This document shows, in pieces, positions 53,049 to 63,612 of a stretch of 64,000 bases of DNA. Source of the DNA: Patescibacteria group bacterium (GTDB lineage: Bacteria > Patescibacteriota > Minisyncoccia > Phycocordibacterales > Phycocordibacteraceae); the NCBI GenBank assembly GCA_040390125.1, contig JAZJYZ010000001.1, forward strand, positions 70,428-134,427, in the 5' to 3' direction. A program made the translations under genes and the position numbers. The number at the start of each line of letters is the position of its first letter. The stretch's first letter is position 1. The notes beneath the pieces are model-generated. The model was not told the origin of the DNA and searched no databases. It saw nothing but the letters and a program-made list of their open reading frames with translations.

Positions 53049-54960
53049 TCCAAAAAGGAAAGGTTATCATCATTTTAAGATCGGGGTCGAGTTCGCTCAT
53101 AAATACTGAAGGAGTGTTCTCTGAACGTGTGCCAAATATTCGACGTGTTTGTGCGTATGTTGCGTACACAAGCTTTCTGGCTCGAGTGAGTGCAACGTAG
53201 AAAAGTCGTCGCTCTTCCTCAGTGTCGACGTCGTCAGAGCCGTCTCGCTCATGTGGGAAAAGTCCCTCTTCAAGGCCTGTAATAAAGACCGTATCAAATT
53301 CAAGACCTTTTGCGGCGTGTATGGTCATAAGTTTTACCCCCGACTTTTCTTCTTTCAGTTCATCTTGATCTGACTGGAGTACCGCTTCTTCTATAAGTCG
53401 TTCAATGCCAGCCCCTCCCACAAGCTCGTCATATTTTGTGGCGACGGTAATCAATTCTTTCAGGTTTTCCAAACGTTCTTTATCTTCTGCATCGCCGTGC
53501 TCGTACATATGCCACATCCCGCTCTCTTTAATGGCATATAAAACAGCGTCAGAAGTTTTTTTGTCGTTGATAGCTTTTTCTATTCGCTCTAATGTTTGGC
53601 GAAACAGATATATTTTTTCTTGAGTTTTTGCTGGGAGCGTATGCTCGGTGTGATTGATTATTTTTGCAAGACTAACTTTCCCGATACCGCGAGACGGTGT
53701 GGCGATAGCTCGCATCATGTCCCCTGCTGAATCGGGGTTGAGTGCGGCACGAATATAGGAAAGCGTGTCTTTGATTTCTTTTCGCTCAAAAAATCGAGTT
53801 CCGAGAACCTGATAGACAACTCCAGCTTTCAAATACGCTTCTTCGAGTACTCTCGATTGGAAGTTTGCTCGATACAAGACTGCAATGTTGTCAGGTTTTT
53901 CTCCTCTTTCAATCAGTCCTTTTGATTCGTTAGCCACGAAGCGTGCTTCCTGAACTTCGTCACTGAACGCACCTATTTTTATTTTTTCTCCATCTTCGTT
54001 TTTTGTGTGCAATTCTTTTTCACGGCGGTTAACATTTTTTGCAATTGCATCGTTTGCAGCGGTCAAAATAGTTTTGGTGGAGCGATAATTTTCTGTGAGC
54101 AAGATTATCTCGGCGTTTGGGAATGCAGTTTCAAAATTCATAATGTGTTCGATGGAAGCTCCTCTCCACGAGTAGATATTTTGATCCACGTCACCAACGG
54201 CAGCAATGTTGCCATGACGCTCGGCAAGGATTTTTACAATCTCATATTGAACCCGATTGGTATCCTGATATTCGTCAACGTGTACGTAGTCCCATGCGTT
54301 TTGGAAATGTTCCCGAGCAGGTGCATGGTTTTCAAGGAGCCAGTGTGCGGTAAGAAGTATGTCGTCAAAATCGAGTGCCTTCTCTTTTTTTAATAGTGCT
54401 TCGTATCGCCCCCACACTTCAGCTATCGCTTCATCTATATACGAGGAAGCATGTTCATTTTGAAATTCCTTTTGGCCTATGGCGTCCCCCTTCTTTCTTC
54501 CAATGACAGAAATCACCCGGCGTGGTTCTAGTTGTTTCGGGTCAAAACCAGCTAGAGTAATTGCCTCTCGCATGGCACGCATTGAGTCTGAGCGGTCGTA
54601 AATGGTAAACCGTGCTGGCAGTCCTACTGCCCCATGAAAAGCTTTGATTATTTCTAGAGAAAGTCGATGAAATGTACCGATGAATGGAGCGTGGCGAGGC
54701 TTGTCGTATGGAGAAAGGGTAAGGTCAGTCTTTATCAGGTGCTCAACTCGCTCTTTCATCTCCCGGGCCGCTTTATTGGTGAAGGTAACTGCAAGTATCC
54801 TCTCAGGGGGCACACCGTGCCGAATAATTTCCGCAATACGGTGGACTATAACTCGGGTTTTACCTGCCCCAGCACCTGCCAATATAAGGAGGGGGCCTTC
54901 TAGATGAGTAACTGCCTTTTTCTGGGCTTCGTTGAGGTGCTTGAGGTGATCCATCCCCAT
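53023..54960 (-). CDS. UvrD/PcrA/Rep-family DNA helicase
   Basis: 645 aa with LNEAQKKAV, Walker A AGAGAGKTRV and helicase motifs (VDEYQDTN ...). Confidence 0.85.
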   Translation of the reverse strand: MGMDHLKHLNEAQKKAVTHLEGPLLILAGAGAGKTRVIVHRIAEIIRHGVPPERILAVTFTNKAAREMKERVEHLIKTDLTLSPYDKPRHAPFIGTFHRLSLEIIKAFHGAVGLPARFTIYDRSDSMRAMREAITLAGFDPKQLEPRRVISVIGRKKGDAIGQKEFQNEHASSYIDEAIAEVWGRYEALLKKEKALDFDDILLTAHWLLENHAPAREHFQNAWDYVHVDEYQDTNRVQYEIVKILAERHGNIAAVGDVDQNIYSWRGASIEHIMNFETAFPNAEIILLTENYRSTKTILTAANDAIAKNVNRREKELHTKNEDGEKIKIGAFSDEVQEARFVANESKGLIERGEKPDNIAVLYRANFQSRVLEEAYLKAGVVYQVLGTRFFERKEIKDTLSYIRAALNPDSAGDMMRAIATPSRGIGKVSLAKIINHTEHTLPAKTQEKIYLFRQTLERIEKAINDKKTSDAVLYAIKESGMWHMYEHGDAEDKERLENLKELITVATKYDELVGGAGIERLIEEAVLQSDQDELKEEKSGVKLMTIHAAKGLEFDTVFITGLEEGLFPHERDGSDDVDTEEERRLFYVALTRARKLVYATYAQTRRIFGTRSENTPSVFMSELDPDLKMMITFPFWSDEIPSIT

Positions 54961-55180
54961 GACTATAGCAGTGCATTGTCCCTAAGTGTTTATATTCTTA
55001 TAAAATGGCTCTGTAGAGGCATATTTTTATATATACAGGAAAAAGTACCTAAAAACCATTTTCCCCGTCATTTAAAGAGGTGTTTTTCTAAAATATGGCT
55101 TAAATAAAAGGTTTTATGAATTTTTATTACTAAAAACACCCTTTGTCCAGCATATTATCCCCCTAATGAGTTTTTCATGG

Positions 55181-55208
55181 TTGACTCCAAAGTTGGTGAG
55201 GATATAGT
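55181..55208 (+). promoter_or_regulatory. Candidate sigma70-like promoter (TTGACT-16 nt-TATAGT)
   Basis: ttgactccaaagttggtgaggatatagt, upstream of the LysM/M23 gene. Confidence 0.35.
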
Positions 55209-55265
55209 GAACGTAAGGTACCGCCCATCCTCGTCTCTCGCATTGGCTCGTATCAGCCATTCTTC

Positions 55266-56408
55266 TTGGAGACTCCCGTTCGGCTATCCCTAGAGTGGGG
55301 AATACATATAGAAAAAGAAAATAATAACGCCCGTGACCTCTCTCATTCAGGTCTTCGAGCTACACAAAGGAAGTACCGTTCGGTTTTCATTGCCGTCCTC
55401 ATCTTCTTTTCATGTGTCGGAATTTTTAATGAAGCACAAGCCTTCTCTTTTTCTTCCTTGTCTAACTTCTTTTCTCCTCTTATCTCTCTTTCGGGAGATC
55501 CTGCCCCGTATTTCTCTGCTTCAAAGACTCCCGCCCTTAAGGCTGCGGTAAACGTTGACCCAAACCCAGCAAAAGGCGGTGGGGATATTAGTATTGTGGG
55601 TGGTGTGGCTCTTGTGTCGGAGGCTGGCCCCGAAGGGACACTCGCAGACATCGAGGAGCAGAAACCAGTTTCGAGCCAGATTTCAATATATGTAGTCCGG
55701 CAGGGAGATTCACTCTCCGAAATCGCAGGAATGTTTGATGTTTCTGTAAATACCATCCTTTGGGCTAACAATTTGACGAGTGCAAAATCAGTGCACCCTG
55801 GCGATACTCTAGTCATTCTTCCAGTTACAGGAGTCGAGCACACCGTTTTGAAAGGAGAGACACTCGCTGGAATTGTTAAGAAGTACAAGGGAGACATGAA
55901 AGATGTGCTGGATTTCAATAATCTTTCTTCTGGGGCATCGCTTGCAGTCGGAGACACCATTGTGATACCTGACGGGGTTGAGGCATCTGCTCCTAGTGTG
56001 TCTTCTGGTTCTTCCTCGAAGGGTAATACAAAACTCGTAAAAAGTGCCGGAGGTCCAGTTGTGGAAGGGTATTACTTGCGACCTCTCATCGGTGGTAGGA
56101 AGTCGCAGGGACTTCACGGATATAACGGTGTGGACATCAGCACTCCTGTCGGTACGCAGATATTAGCTTCATGTCCTGGTAGTGTCATGGTAAGCAGAAA
56201 CTCTGGCTGGAACGGTGGTTATGGCGACTACATAGTCATTCAGTGTTCAAACGGTACGCAAACAGTGTACGGGCATCTTTCGGAAACACTGGTGTCTGCG
56301 GGCTCGTCAGTGGTACAAGGACAAGTCATCGCTCTCTCAGGAAACACAGGGCGTTCAACAGGTGCACATCTTCACTTCGAAATTCGTGGTGCCACGAATC
56401 CTTTTTAA
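55266..56408 (+). CDS. LysM-domain M23 metallopeptidase (cell-wall hydrolase)
   Basis: 380 aa. Two LysM repeats (YVVRQGDSLSEIA..., HTVLKGETLAGIV...) plus M23 motifs HGYNGVDI ... GAHLHFE. The track start is TTG, and there is no in-frame ATG before the signal segment. Confidence 0.75.
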   Translation: METPVRLSLEWGIHIEKENNNARDLSHSGLRATQRKYRSVFIAVLIFFSCVGIFNEAQAFSFSSLSNFFSPLISLSGDPAPYFSASKTPALKAAVNVDPNPAKGGGDISIVGGVALVSEAGPEGTLADIEEQKPVSSQISIYVVRQGDSLSEIAGMFDVSVNTILWANNLTSAKSVHPGDTLVILPVTGVEHTVLKGETLAGIVKKYKGDMKDVLDFNNLSSGASLAVGDTIVIPDGVEASAPSVSSGSSSKGNTKLVKSAGGPVVEGYYLRPLIGGRKSQGLHGYNGVDISTPVGTQILASCPGSVMVSRNSGWNGGYGDYIVIQCSNGTQTVYGHLSETLVSAGSSVVQGQVIALSGNTGRSTGAHLHFEIRGATNPF

Positions 56409-56424
56409 AAATTTACGTTAGCGT

Positions 56425-57429
56425 TTAAGCAACTCGCTGGGTTTGAGCCTCATCAAAAAATTCTTCCCCGTCTTCATTTGCAGGAAGAGTGTTTTCGGTT
56501 TCAGAAATTTCTACTTCTTCTGGGTCATCCACAGGCTCTTGTCTGAATACTGGTTGTGTATTTACGAGTGTGGAACTTTCAGGTCTACTAGAGCCACTAG
56601 TATTCATTAAATTGCTAGCGACTGGTTGCCTATTTGACGCATTACTTACAAACGCTGCACTTTGAGGGTCACCGGTGTTCCCTCTATTCACCAAATCGCT
56701 GGAGCTAGTAGTCCTCTCGGAAGATTGATTGACGAGGGTGGTACCTGTCGTTTGTGGTGGCCTTGCAATTCCGTCTACATTTCTACTTTCAAGTGGAGTA
56801 TTTTCTCTACGGGAGTCCCTCGAGGCATTTTGTGGGCTGTTGTCGTTTGCACCTGCCATGTTTGAAGGATCATAATTTTGGTTTGGAGTTCCTCCATAAG
56901 AGCTCATTCCTCCGTTGTAGCCGGCAGGCATAGGGCCTTCTGCCGTTTGAGTATCTTGGAGTTCTTCACGGGCATCGTTCAGCATTTTTACGATGCTTCT
57001 TTTTTTGCGGTATGCCACGAGAACGAATATAGTTTCGAGGGGAAGCACGTTGAGGCCGGGTATGAACTCTGCCACAACAGTTGTGCTCAATCTTTTCCAT
57101 ATCCACTTTTTCCAAATGCTTTTTATCAGCATTTTTTTCCACCAATCGCCATGCCGTATGTCGTCGGCGATACACCAGAAAAATAGAACTACCCATAAGA
57201 CCACTCCTGTAACAAAAGTTAATACAATGCCGACACCGGTTAAAGTTAGGCCAATATCTAAAGCATCTTTCAATGCAGATAACCCGAAGAGGTTAAAAGG
57301 GAATTTTGGCATTTCTATAGGATCGTCCTCGAGTAGTTTTTCTTCGCTGTCTTGAAGGTCGCCACCTCCATCACGCATTGCCTTGCGTGTTTCTTCAAGA
57401 GCCGTTCCCTTTCCTTTCCAAGATGCCAT
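56425..57429 (-). CDS. Membrane protein with a long disordered C-terminal region, hypothetical
   Basis: Two TM helices, then an S/T/N/P-rich tail. I chose the internal Met (MASWKG) to avoid a 110-nt overlap with comM. Confidence 0.35.
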   Translation of the reverse strand: MASWKGKGTALEETRKAMRDGGGDLQDSEEKLLEDDPIEMPKFPFNLFGLSALKDALDIGLTLTGVGIVLTFVTGVVLWVVLFFWCIADDIRHGDWWKKMLIKSIWKKWIWKRLSTTVVAEFIPGLNVLPLETIFVLVAYRKKRSIVKMLNDAREELQDTQTAEGPMPAGYNGGMSSYGGTPNQNYDPSNMAGANDNSPQNASRDSRRENTPLESRNVDGIARPPQTTGTTLVNQSSERTTSSSDLVNRGNTGDPQSAAFVSNASNRQPVASNLMNTSGSSRPESSTLVNTQPVFRQEPVDDPEEVEISETENTLPANEDGEEFFDEAQTQRVA

Positions 57430-57457
57430 TACGCTATTGTAACTCGTTACTCTTGGC

Positions 57458-58960
57458 TTACTGTCGGGGCAGACGTGGCCGGTACTGCAAGGCTTCAAGT
57501 ACGTGAGATGAGCCAACCACTTCCTCATCCGAAAGATCTGCGATAGTTCGTGCAAGCCGAAGCACACGATGGTACGAGCGTGGTGAGAGTTTTAATGTTT
57601 TTGCAGCACCAGTTAAGGTATTTCGTGCGTCATCAGAAATATCCACCTGCTCGTCGAGAACTTTTGAGGGAAGTTCGCTGTTTGTGGTGATGTTCAGCTT
57701 AAGATTTTTTGAACGTTCAATTTGTTTTTCTCTCGCTTTCATCACACGAGCCCGCACCGTGTGAGATTTTTCAGATTCGTTTTTGCTATTCAGTTTTTCG
57801 TGCGGAACGTGCGGAGCGTCTATCCATACGTCAACCCTATCAACGATGGCACCAGAAAGTTTTTTATAAAAACGAGACGCTTCTCGGGGGTCAGCGTTAT
57901 TTCCAGGTGGGTTCATCGCAGCGACGAGCATAATGTTAGCGGGGAACGTGGTTGAACCCACGGCTCTGGAGATGGTGATGGCTCGATTCTCCAAAGGTTC
58001 TCGTAGCGCTTCAAGAGCTCGTCTATCAAATTCAGGAAATTCATCAAGGAAAAGTACACCACGATGTGCAAGTGTTATCTCCCCTGGCCTGAGTGAGTTA
58101 CCTCCACCAACGAGTGCGACATAGGAAGATGTGTGATGTGGTGCACGCACAGGTGCATAGGTAATGAGTGTTTCTTTGAGTGTTCCTGCAACTGAGTGAA
58201 TTGCGGTTACTTCCACGGCTTCTTCAAAAGATAACGGCGGGAGGATTCCTGAAAGTGCGTGTGCAAGCATGGTCTTTCCTGTGCCGGGAGGGCCAACAAA
58301 CGCAATGTTATGGCGTCCTGCAGCCGCAATTTCAAGCCCACGTTTTGCAGTTTCTTGGCCTTTTATATCTGCAATGTCTACCGACGGGAGCATACTTTCT
58401 TCCGTTTTCCCTCCGTGGTGTGGAGTTTCAGCGAGTGCTTTTCTCCCCGTTATGTGTTCAATTACTTCTTTGAGTGAGTGTGCTCCGAATACCTTAATGC
58501 CAGCGACGAGCCCTGCTTCAAGGGCGTTTTTTTCAGGGACGAATATCGTAGTAAATCCTTTTGCTTTTGCGGTGAGTGTTGCTGGCAGTATTCCTCGTAC
58601 CTCTCTGAGTGTTCCGTCGAGCGCCAATTCTCCCAAGAAAGCTATTTTTTCGGGATCAAATTTAATTTCTTCTGCAGACAACAGATACGACAATGCCATT
58701 GGTAAATCAAAAACCGCCCCCTCCTTTTTCAGTCCGGCGGGGGCGAGTGAAATAACTATTTTATGATTGAACGTCTTTGGCGACTTGAAGCCAGAGTGTT
58801 TTATTGCGGCTGAAAGGCGATCTCTCGCTTCTTCCACTGCTTTATCTGCAAGTCCGACAACTGAAAATGCATACAGCGTCCTTTCGGTGACGTCAGCTTC
58901 AATAGTTACTATCGTGGAATGTGGAAATCCTGGCTGAACGCTAAAGGTGCGTGCAAACAT
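57458..58960 (-). CDS. comM: Mg-chelatase-family AAA+ ATPase YifB/ComM
   Basis: 500 aa with IKGQETAKRGLEIAAAG.HN, GPPGTGKTMLA and VLFLDEFPEF. Confidence 0.8.
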   Translation of the reverse strand: MFARTFSVQPGFPHSTIVTIEADVTERTLYAFSVVGLADKAVEEARDRLSAAIKHSGFKSPKTFNHKIVISLAPAGLKKEGAVFDLPMALSYLLSAEEIKFDPEKIAFLGELALDGTLREVRGILPATLTAKAKGFTTIFVPEKNALEAGLVAGIKVFGAHSLKEVIEHITGRKALAETPHHGGKTEESMLPSVDIADIKGQETAKRGLEIAAAGRHNIAFVGPPGTGKTMLAHALSGILPPLSFEEAVEVTAIHSVAGTLKETLITYAPVRAPHHTSSYVALVGGGNSLRPGEITLAHRGVLFLDEFPEFDRRALEALREPLENRAITISRAVGSTTFPANIMLVAAMNPPGNNADPREASRFYKKLSGAIVDRVDVWIDAPHVPHEKLNSKNESEKSHTVRARVMKAREKQIERSKNLKLNITTNSELPSKVLDEQVDISDDARNTLTGAAKTLKLSPRSYHRVLRLARTIADLSDEEVVGSSHVLEALQYRPRLPRQ

Positions 58961-59045
58961 AACTGCGAGCAGTATATCAGCTCAGAGAATGATCAAATTT
59001 CAATTATCAATTTTCCAGTCTAATATTCCAAACCTTCCCTCATGA

Positions 59046-59073
59046 TCTGACTATACGATCAATCGTATAGTCA
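59046..59073. promoter_or_regulatory. 24-26 bp palindrome (gactatacgatcaatcgtatagtc), copy 1, in the comM upstream region
   Basis: Near-perfect dyad. The same core recurs at 59533-59560. Confidence 0.5.
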
Positions 59074-59511
59074 GGAGTCATAGTATTCACTTTGGCGAGC
59101 CCCACGCTTGAATGCATCCCATCTGCCACGTCCTAGTGGGAGCACGCCGGCTTCAAGCAGTTTTTCTAAAAGATCTAGAAATGACTCACCTTCGAATTTT
59201 TTTGAGTTGTTCTTTGCGTACCGAATGACATGTGCATAACGACCCTTCTTCATATCTCGCACAATCCGGCCAACGGTATCCGGGCTTACCTTCAGAAGTT
59301 CCTCTATTTGTGGTGCACTATATGAACGAACGAGCATCACTATGATTGCCAGTCGTTTTGCTAGCACGATACGCTCCTCTTTTCCTAAGAGTTCCTTTAT
59401 GAGGGCATATGCATCGCGTTTGGTTCGTGCGTGCACTACCGACATAAGAAAGTAATCACCAATCGTTTCCGCAGTGTTAGGAGCGAGTTTCTTTTTTGAA
59501 GTATGTGCCAT
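59071..59511 (-). CDS. TrpR/YerC/YecD-like small HTH regulator
   Basis: About 146 aa with LLKVSPDTVGRIVR, a helix-turn-helix, and overall TrpR-like family resemblance. Confidence 0.45.
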   Translation of the reverse strand: MAHTSKKKLAPNTAETIGDYFLMSVVHARTKRDAYALIKELLGKEERIVLAKRLAIIVMLVRSYSAPQIEELLKVSPDTVGRIVRDMKKGRYAHVIRYAKNNSKKFEGESFLDLLEKLLEAGVLPLGRGRWDAFKRGARQSEYYDS

Positions 59512-59532
59512 AGACACGCATACCATACCACA

Positions 59533-59560
59533 AGACTATACGATCAATCGTATAGTCTTG
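59533..59560. promoter_or_regulatory. Palindrome copy 2 (caagactatacgatcaatcgtatagtcttg), immediately upstream of the TrpR-like gene
   Basis: Seen directly. A candidate autoregulatory operator. Confidence 0.5.
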
Positions 59561-59654
59561 TGTAGTGAATATAGCTCACTAGAATCTGAATTTTCCTCGG
59601 AGCTCTGCTACGAGGTTCTTAATTTAAATGAGTGCTCCAAAAATTCGAAGGAGT

Positions 59655-60032
59655 TTATCCAACCGTTTCTCGCATGTGCTTCTTGCAGGTGGGTGCTGCA
59701 GGATTTGCTTCAAGGCGATCCATTTCAATTGCCTCTCCTGAAATTTCACACGTACCGTACGTGCCCTCTGTTATTTTCAACAGTGCGTTCACGACTTGGT
59801 TCAATCTGCCTTCGAGTTCATTGAGAGCTGCATTGTTGTCTTGCATGTCTTCAATGATGTCGGCGTTGTCATTTCGGTCAGCACCAAATTCGTCTCCCGC
59901 AGGTTTAACAGGCATCCAGTCTGAAGGGTTTGAAGGATTTCTGCTCCCAAGCTCTGAAAGCTCTGTTTCTAGGAGCACCTTCTCTTCTTCGAGCAATTTT
60001 TTAAACTTTACAGTGTCGTTTTGTGTGAGCAT
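59655..60032 (-). CDS. DksA/TraR-family C4 zinc-finger protein
   Basis: 125 aa with a coiled-coil and CEISGEAIEMDRLEANPAAPTC. Confidence 0.65.
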   Translation of the reverse strand: MLTQNDTVKFKKLLEEEKVLLETELSELGSRNPSNPSDWMPVKPAGDEFGADRNDNADIIEDMQDNNAALNELEGRLNQVVNALLKITEGTYGTCEISGEAIEMDRLEANPAAPTCKKHMRETVG

Positions 60033-60039
60033 GCGGGTA

Positions 60040-60128
60040 TCCTAACATGGCTAGCCATTAGCCACTAGAGATTAGCCAATAGGGAGGATTTGGTCAGTCT
60101 GAGTTCCCTACACCCTAGTGGCGAGTGG
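60040..60128. repeat. Oligo-repeat spacer (ctagccattagccactag ... ccctagtggcgagtggctaat)
   Basis: Same word style as 34977-35052 (cctagtggcta). Confidence 0.5.
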
Positions 60129-61484
60129 CTAATTACTCGTTTTTTGCAATGAAAGCCGGGTGATTATTTCACGGAGTGTACTTTCGTTTGTGGTTATGAG
60201 AATAAGGTCAGGTCGAAGGAAGGTGTACATAATGTGCCACGAGACTTGGCTTTCACGGATGTCGATATTTTGAATAGTGCGATCAGTAAATGTGAGGGCT
60301 GGCGGAGTGGAAGTGATGCTTGCGGGTGCAAGCGAGGAAGGTCGGAAGAAATCCCCCAAGCCCTCGTTCATTCTTGTTTCCCAAGAGAGCATCGCTTCAA
60401 AGGCGCGGTCATACGCTGAAACAGTAACTAAGAGAAATGGTTGATTGTGATCAAACGCATGTATGCCGACCATAATGCCCGTTGCATTGCGCGACAATTC
60501 GTTCGGTGAACCAAGAAGTGTAAGAATTTCTGATGCATTCAACTCACTTCCATTGCTGGCTATTACAAATTCTTCCACTTCCCCGAGATTAATAACGGCC
60601 GACTCTTTTATTTTTGCGAGCTCGGTAGAAAGCACTTCTTCCGAAGTATGTTCTACCGAGAGTGCATGGTTAGCTGGAATGAGCGATTGGCGTGGTGGAT
60701 TTATTTCTGAAGACGTGTGTAAGAAAAATGCGACACCAACACTCCCAATGCCAATCACTATCAAAAAAAGAGCTCCCACCAAAAACATGCGTCCACGATT
60801 TTTACGTCGGCCAATTGCTGCCTCGTCTTCGTATGGTCCTTCAGTCATCGTGCGTTGTTGCTCAGCACCTACAATTGCGGTGAGTGTAGTATTTCTCTTT
60901 CGAATTTCCATACTGATGTCGTTCGCATAGGTGCGAACTCGGGGGATCCCATCTCCCCCGTCCTCAGTGTGTTTGATAGATTCAATTTCTGGTGGCGGAG
61001 TTTTTTCCCTGATTGGCTGTTCTCCAATGCCAATTTCACGCTCGCTTCTTTCGGCGGGTGGGATTGAACGCACAAGCTCAGGAGCGTCCTTTGCCAGTTC
61101 TTTTTTTCCCGGTAGAGTCGAGGCGATATTTTGTGCCTCAGTGATTGCGTTTCCTATATGCAAAGAATTTTGCGCTTTTGTGAGAGGTTCTTCCAATCCA
61201 AACTTTCTTTTCAACTCCAAAGCTCCCAGTGGCAGTACTACTTTATTAGGAACTACCGGGGCTGGTTTCTCAGTATTTTTTTCAGGCCCATCAAGAAGTA
61301 CTGGTGCAATAACTGGCAACAGTTCAGGGTGGTCTGTATTTGGAGAGTCCGCACTCTTTGTAGGGGCATCAAGAAGAGGCTCTTTCTCTGGGGTTCTATT
61401 ACCAGCGGTGTCCTCCGCCTTGTTCACGTCTGTCTCCATTTCGTCTATCATTGTAACCTCCTCTCGGTGCTTCTCCTCCTCCAT
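60129..61484 (-). CDS. Membrane protein with a Pro/Glu-rich N-terminal region, hypothetical
   Basis: 451 aa with a central TM (FLVGALFLIVIGIGSVGVAFFL). Its start overlaps the pnp 3' end by up to 85 nt. Confidence 0.45.
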   Translation of the reverse strand: MEEEKHREEVTMIDEMETDVNKAEDTAGNRTPEKEPLLDAPTKSADSPNTDHPELLPVIAPVLLDGPEKNTEKPAPVVPNKVVLPLGALELKRKFGLEEPLTKAQNSLHIGNAITEAQNIASTLPGKKELAKDAPELVRSIPPAERSEREIGIGEQPIREKTPPPEIESIKHTEDGGDGIPRVRTYANDISMEIRKRNTTLTAIVGAEQQRTMTEGPYEDEAAIGRRKNRGRMFLVGALFLIVIGIGSVGVAFFLHTSSEINPPRQSLIPANHALSVEHTSEEVLSTELAKIKESAVINLGEVEEFVIASNGSELNASEILTLLGSPNELSRNATGIMVGIHAFDHNQPFLLVTVSAYDRAFEAMLSWETRMNEGLGDFFRPSSLAPASITSTPPALTFTDRTIQNIDIRESQVSWHIMYTFLRPDLILITTNESTLREIITRLSLQKTSN

Positions 61485-63612
61485 TCCCCTCGGCAGGCTT
61501 CAAGCCTTTCCTTGTAGCGAAATCAGGGTCAATCATTTTTATAGAAAGATTCACCCGTCCTTGGTCGTCAACCTCTTTCACTACTACTTTCACCACGTCA
61601 CCCACTTTAAACGCCTCATCTACTGTGGCAATTTTGAAAGGTGCTACTTCAGAGATGTGCACTAATCCTTCTGCTTTGGCGTTGAGTCGGACGAATGCTC
61701 CGAAATTCATCAATCGTGTTACTGGCCCCTCAATTACGTCGCCCGCTTTGAATACACGTGTCATGTCTCGAATTATCTGTGCCGCTTTCTCTGGCGCATC
61801 CCCCACTCCGGTGAGGAATACGGTACCGTCATCATCTATTGCGATTGAACCGACTCCTGTCTCTTCTTCAATTTTGCGAATATTTTTTCCTTGTGGTCCG
61901 ATTACCATACCAATCATGTCAGGAGGAATGGTGAGCGAAACAATTTTTGGGGCACGAGGTGAGAGGTCGCCTCGTGGCTCTGCAATAGCTCCTGCCATTG
62001 TTTCAAGAATACTGAGGCGTGCTTTTTTTGCTGCAACGAGACCTTCAGCAAGTACCGCTACAGGTACACCTTCGACTTTCACGTCGAGCTGGATTGCAGT
62101 TACTCCGTTTTTTGTACCAGCTACTTTGAAATCCATATCGCCGTGGTGATCTTCAGGCCCCTGAATATCAGTCATTATTGCGTAGCGTGTTGGGCCATCG
62201 TACATAACGCCCATCGCAATGCCAGCAACCGGAGCTGAAAGTGGAACGCCACCATCCATAAGTGCCAACGTTGATGCACACACAGAACCCATTGAAGTGG
62301 AACCATTTGATGCGAGCGCTTCTGAAACGAGGCGAATGGTGTACGGGAAAGTTTCTTTTGGAGGAATCACAGCCGAGAGTGCTTTTTCTGCGAGTGCACC
62401 ATGGCCAATCATGCGACGGTTCATGCCTCCCATGCGCCCCGTCTCACCGACTGAGAATGGAGGAAAGTTGTAGTGATGCATGAAACGCTTCTTCACTTCT
62501 TTACCCTCGATGGAGTCAATAATTTGTGAATCATCGGGTCCACCCAAGGTGAGTGCTGAGAACACGTGCGTTCCACCACGATAGAAAATCCCTGAGCCGT
62601 GGAGCATTGGAGAAAAACCACCTGCTTCTGCGAAGAGTGGACGTAGCTCATCGAGCGCTCTTCCGTCCACACGCTCTTTTTTGTCGATGGCACGATCACG
62701 CATCATTTGTGCAACTTGATCTTCAAAATATGAGTCAGCTGTTTTGACTAACTCCGGCAAGGTTTCTGCTACGGTTTTTAGAAACCGATCTTTCAACTCA
62801 GCAGAGGCTTCTTTTCCTGGAACCCCCGAGAACACTGCCTGGCTAAACTCCCCTTCTATCGTTTTAAACAGGTCAGCAATTTGAGTATTCACTACTCGTT
62901 CCGGTACTACTTTTTTCTGCTTACCCATCGCTGCAATAATTTCCTTTTGAAACGCTTGAAGTTTTTCAAGTTCTTCCACTCCTCGAGAAAGCCCTGCAAC
63001 AAGCACGTCTTCAGAAACTTCTTTTGAGCCGACCTCAATCATCGTAACGACCCCGTCTTTACCACAGACCAGCAAGTCGAGCTCTGCGTCATCCGCATTT
63101 CTCATTGCATACGTAGGGTTCACATCGAATTCCGTTGCTCCTTTTTTTCTTCCGATACGTACCGCTGACACTGGACCGTTCCATGGGATGTGAGAAACGG
63201 CGAGTGCAATTGATGCCGCATTCACTGCCAAAATATCAGGATCGTCTTCGTCGATCGAGAGCACTGTAGTTACCACCTGCACTTCTTGTCGAAGATTGTG
63301 ATCGAAAAGAGGGCGAACCGTTCTGTCGATAACCCGACCCGAAAGAATGGCATCTTCAGAAGGTCTGCCTTCTCTGCGGAGGTAGCGTGAACCCAAGATG
63401 GAGCCTGCTGCATAAAATTTTTCTTCGTACTCAACGGTGAGAGGAAAATAATCAATGTCATTTCGCTCTCGTTTGCTCATGACGGCCGTTGCAAAGACTA
63501 TCGTGTTGCCATAGCGAACCATGACACTGCCATGTGCTTGTTCTGCAAGATCAGTAAATGTTGCAGTCAGCTTTTTCCCGCCAATCTCGGTCGAGAATTC
63601 TTTTTTTTGCAT
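61399..63612 (-). CDS. pnp: Polynucleotide phosphorylase
   Basis: 737 aa with two RNase PH domains, KH and S1, and an RGG-like C-terminal tail. Confidence 0.9.
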   Translation of the reverse strand: MQKKEFSTEIGGKKLTATFTDLAEQAHGSVMVRYGNTIVFATAVMSKRERNDIDYFPLTVEYEEKFYAAGSILGSRYLRREGRPSEDAILSGRVIDRTVRPLFDHNLRQEVQVVTTVLSIDEDDPDILAVNAASIALAVSHIPWNGPVSAVRIGRKKGATEFDVNPTYAMRNADDAELDLLVCGKDGVVTMIEVGSKEVSEDVLVAGLSRGVEELEKLQAFQKEIIAAMGKQKKVVPERVVNTQIADLFKTIEGEFSQAVFSGVPGKEASAELKDRFLKTVAETLPELVKTADSYFEDQVAQMMRDRAIDKKERVDGRALDELRPLFAEAGGFSPMLHGSGIFYRGGTHVFSALTLGGPDDSQIIDSIEGKEVKKRFMHHYNFPPFSVGETGRMGGMNRRMIGHGALAEKALSAVIPPKETFPYTIRLVSEALASNGSTSMGSVCASTLALMDGGVPLSAPVAGIAMGVMYDGPTRYAIMTDIQGPEDHHGDMDFKVAGTKNGVTAIQLDVKVEGVPVAVLAEGLVAAKKARLSILETMAGAIAEPRGDLSPRAPKIVSLTIPPDMIGMVIGPQGKNIRKIEEETGVGSIAIDDDGTVFLTGVGDAPEKAAQIIRDMTRVFKAGDVIEGPVTRLMNFGAFVRLNAKAEGLVHISEVAPFKIATVDEAFKVGDVVKVVVKEVDDQGRVNLSIKMIDPDFATRKGLKPAEGNGGGEAPRGGYNDRRNGDRREQGGGHRW

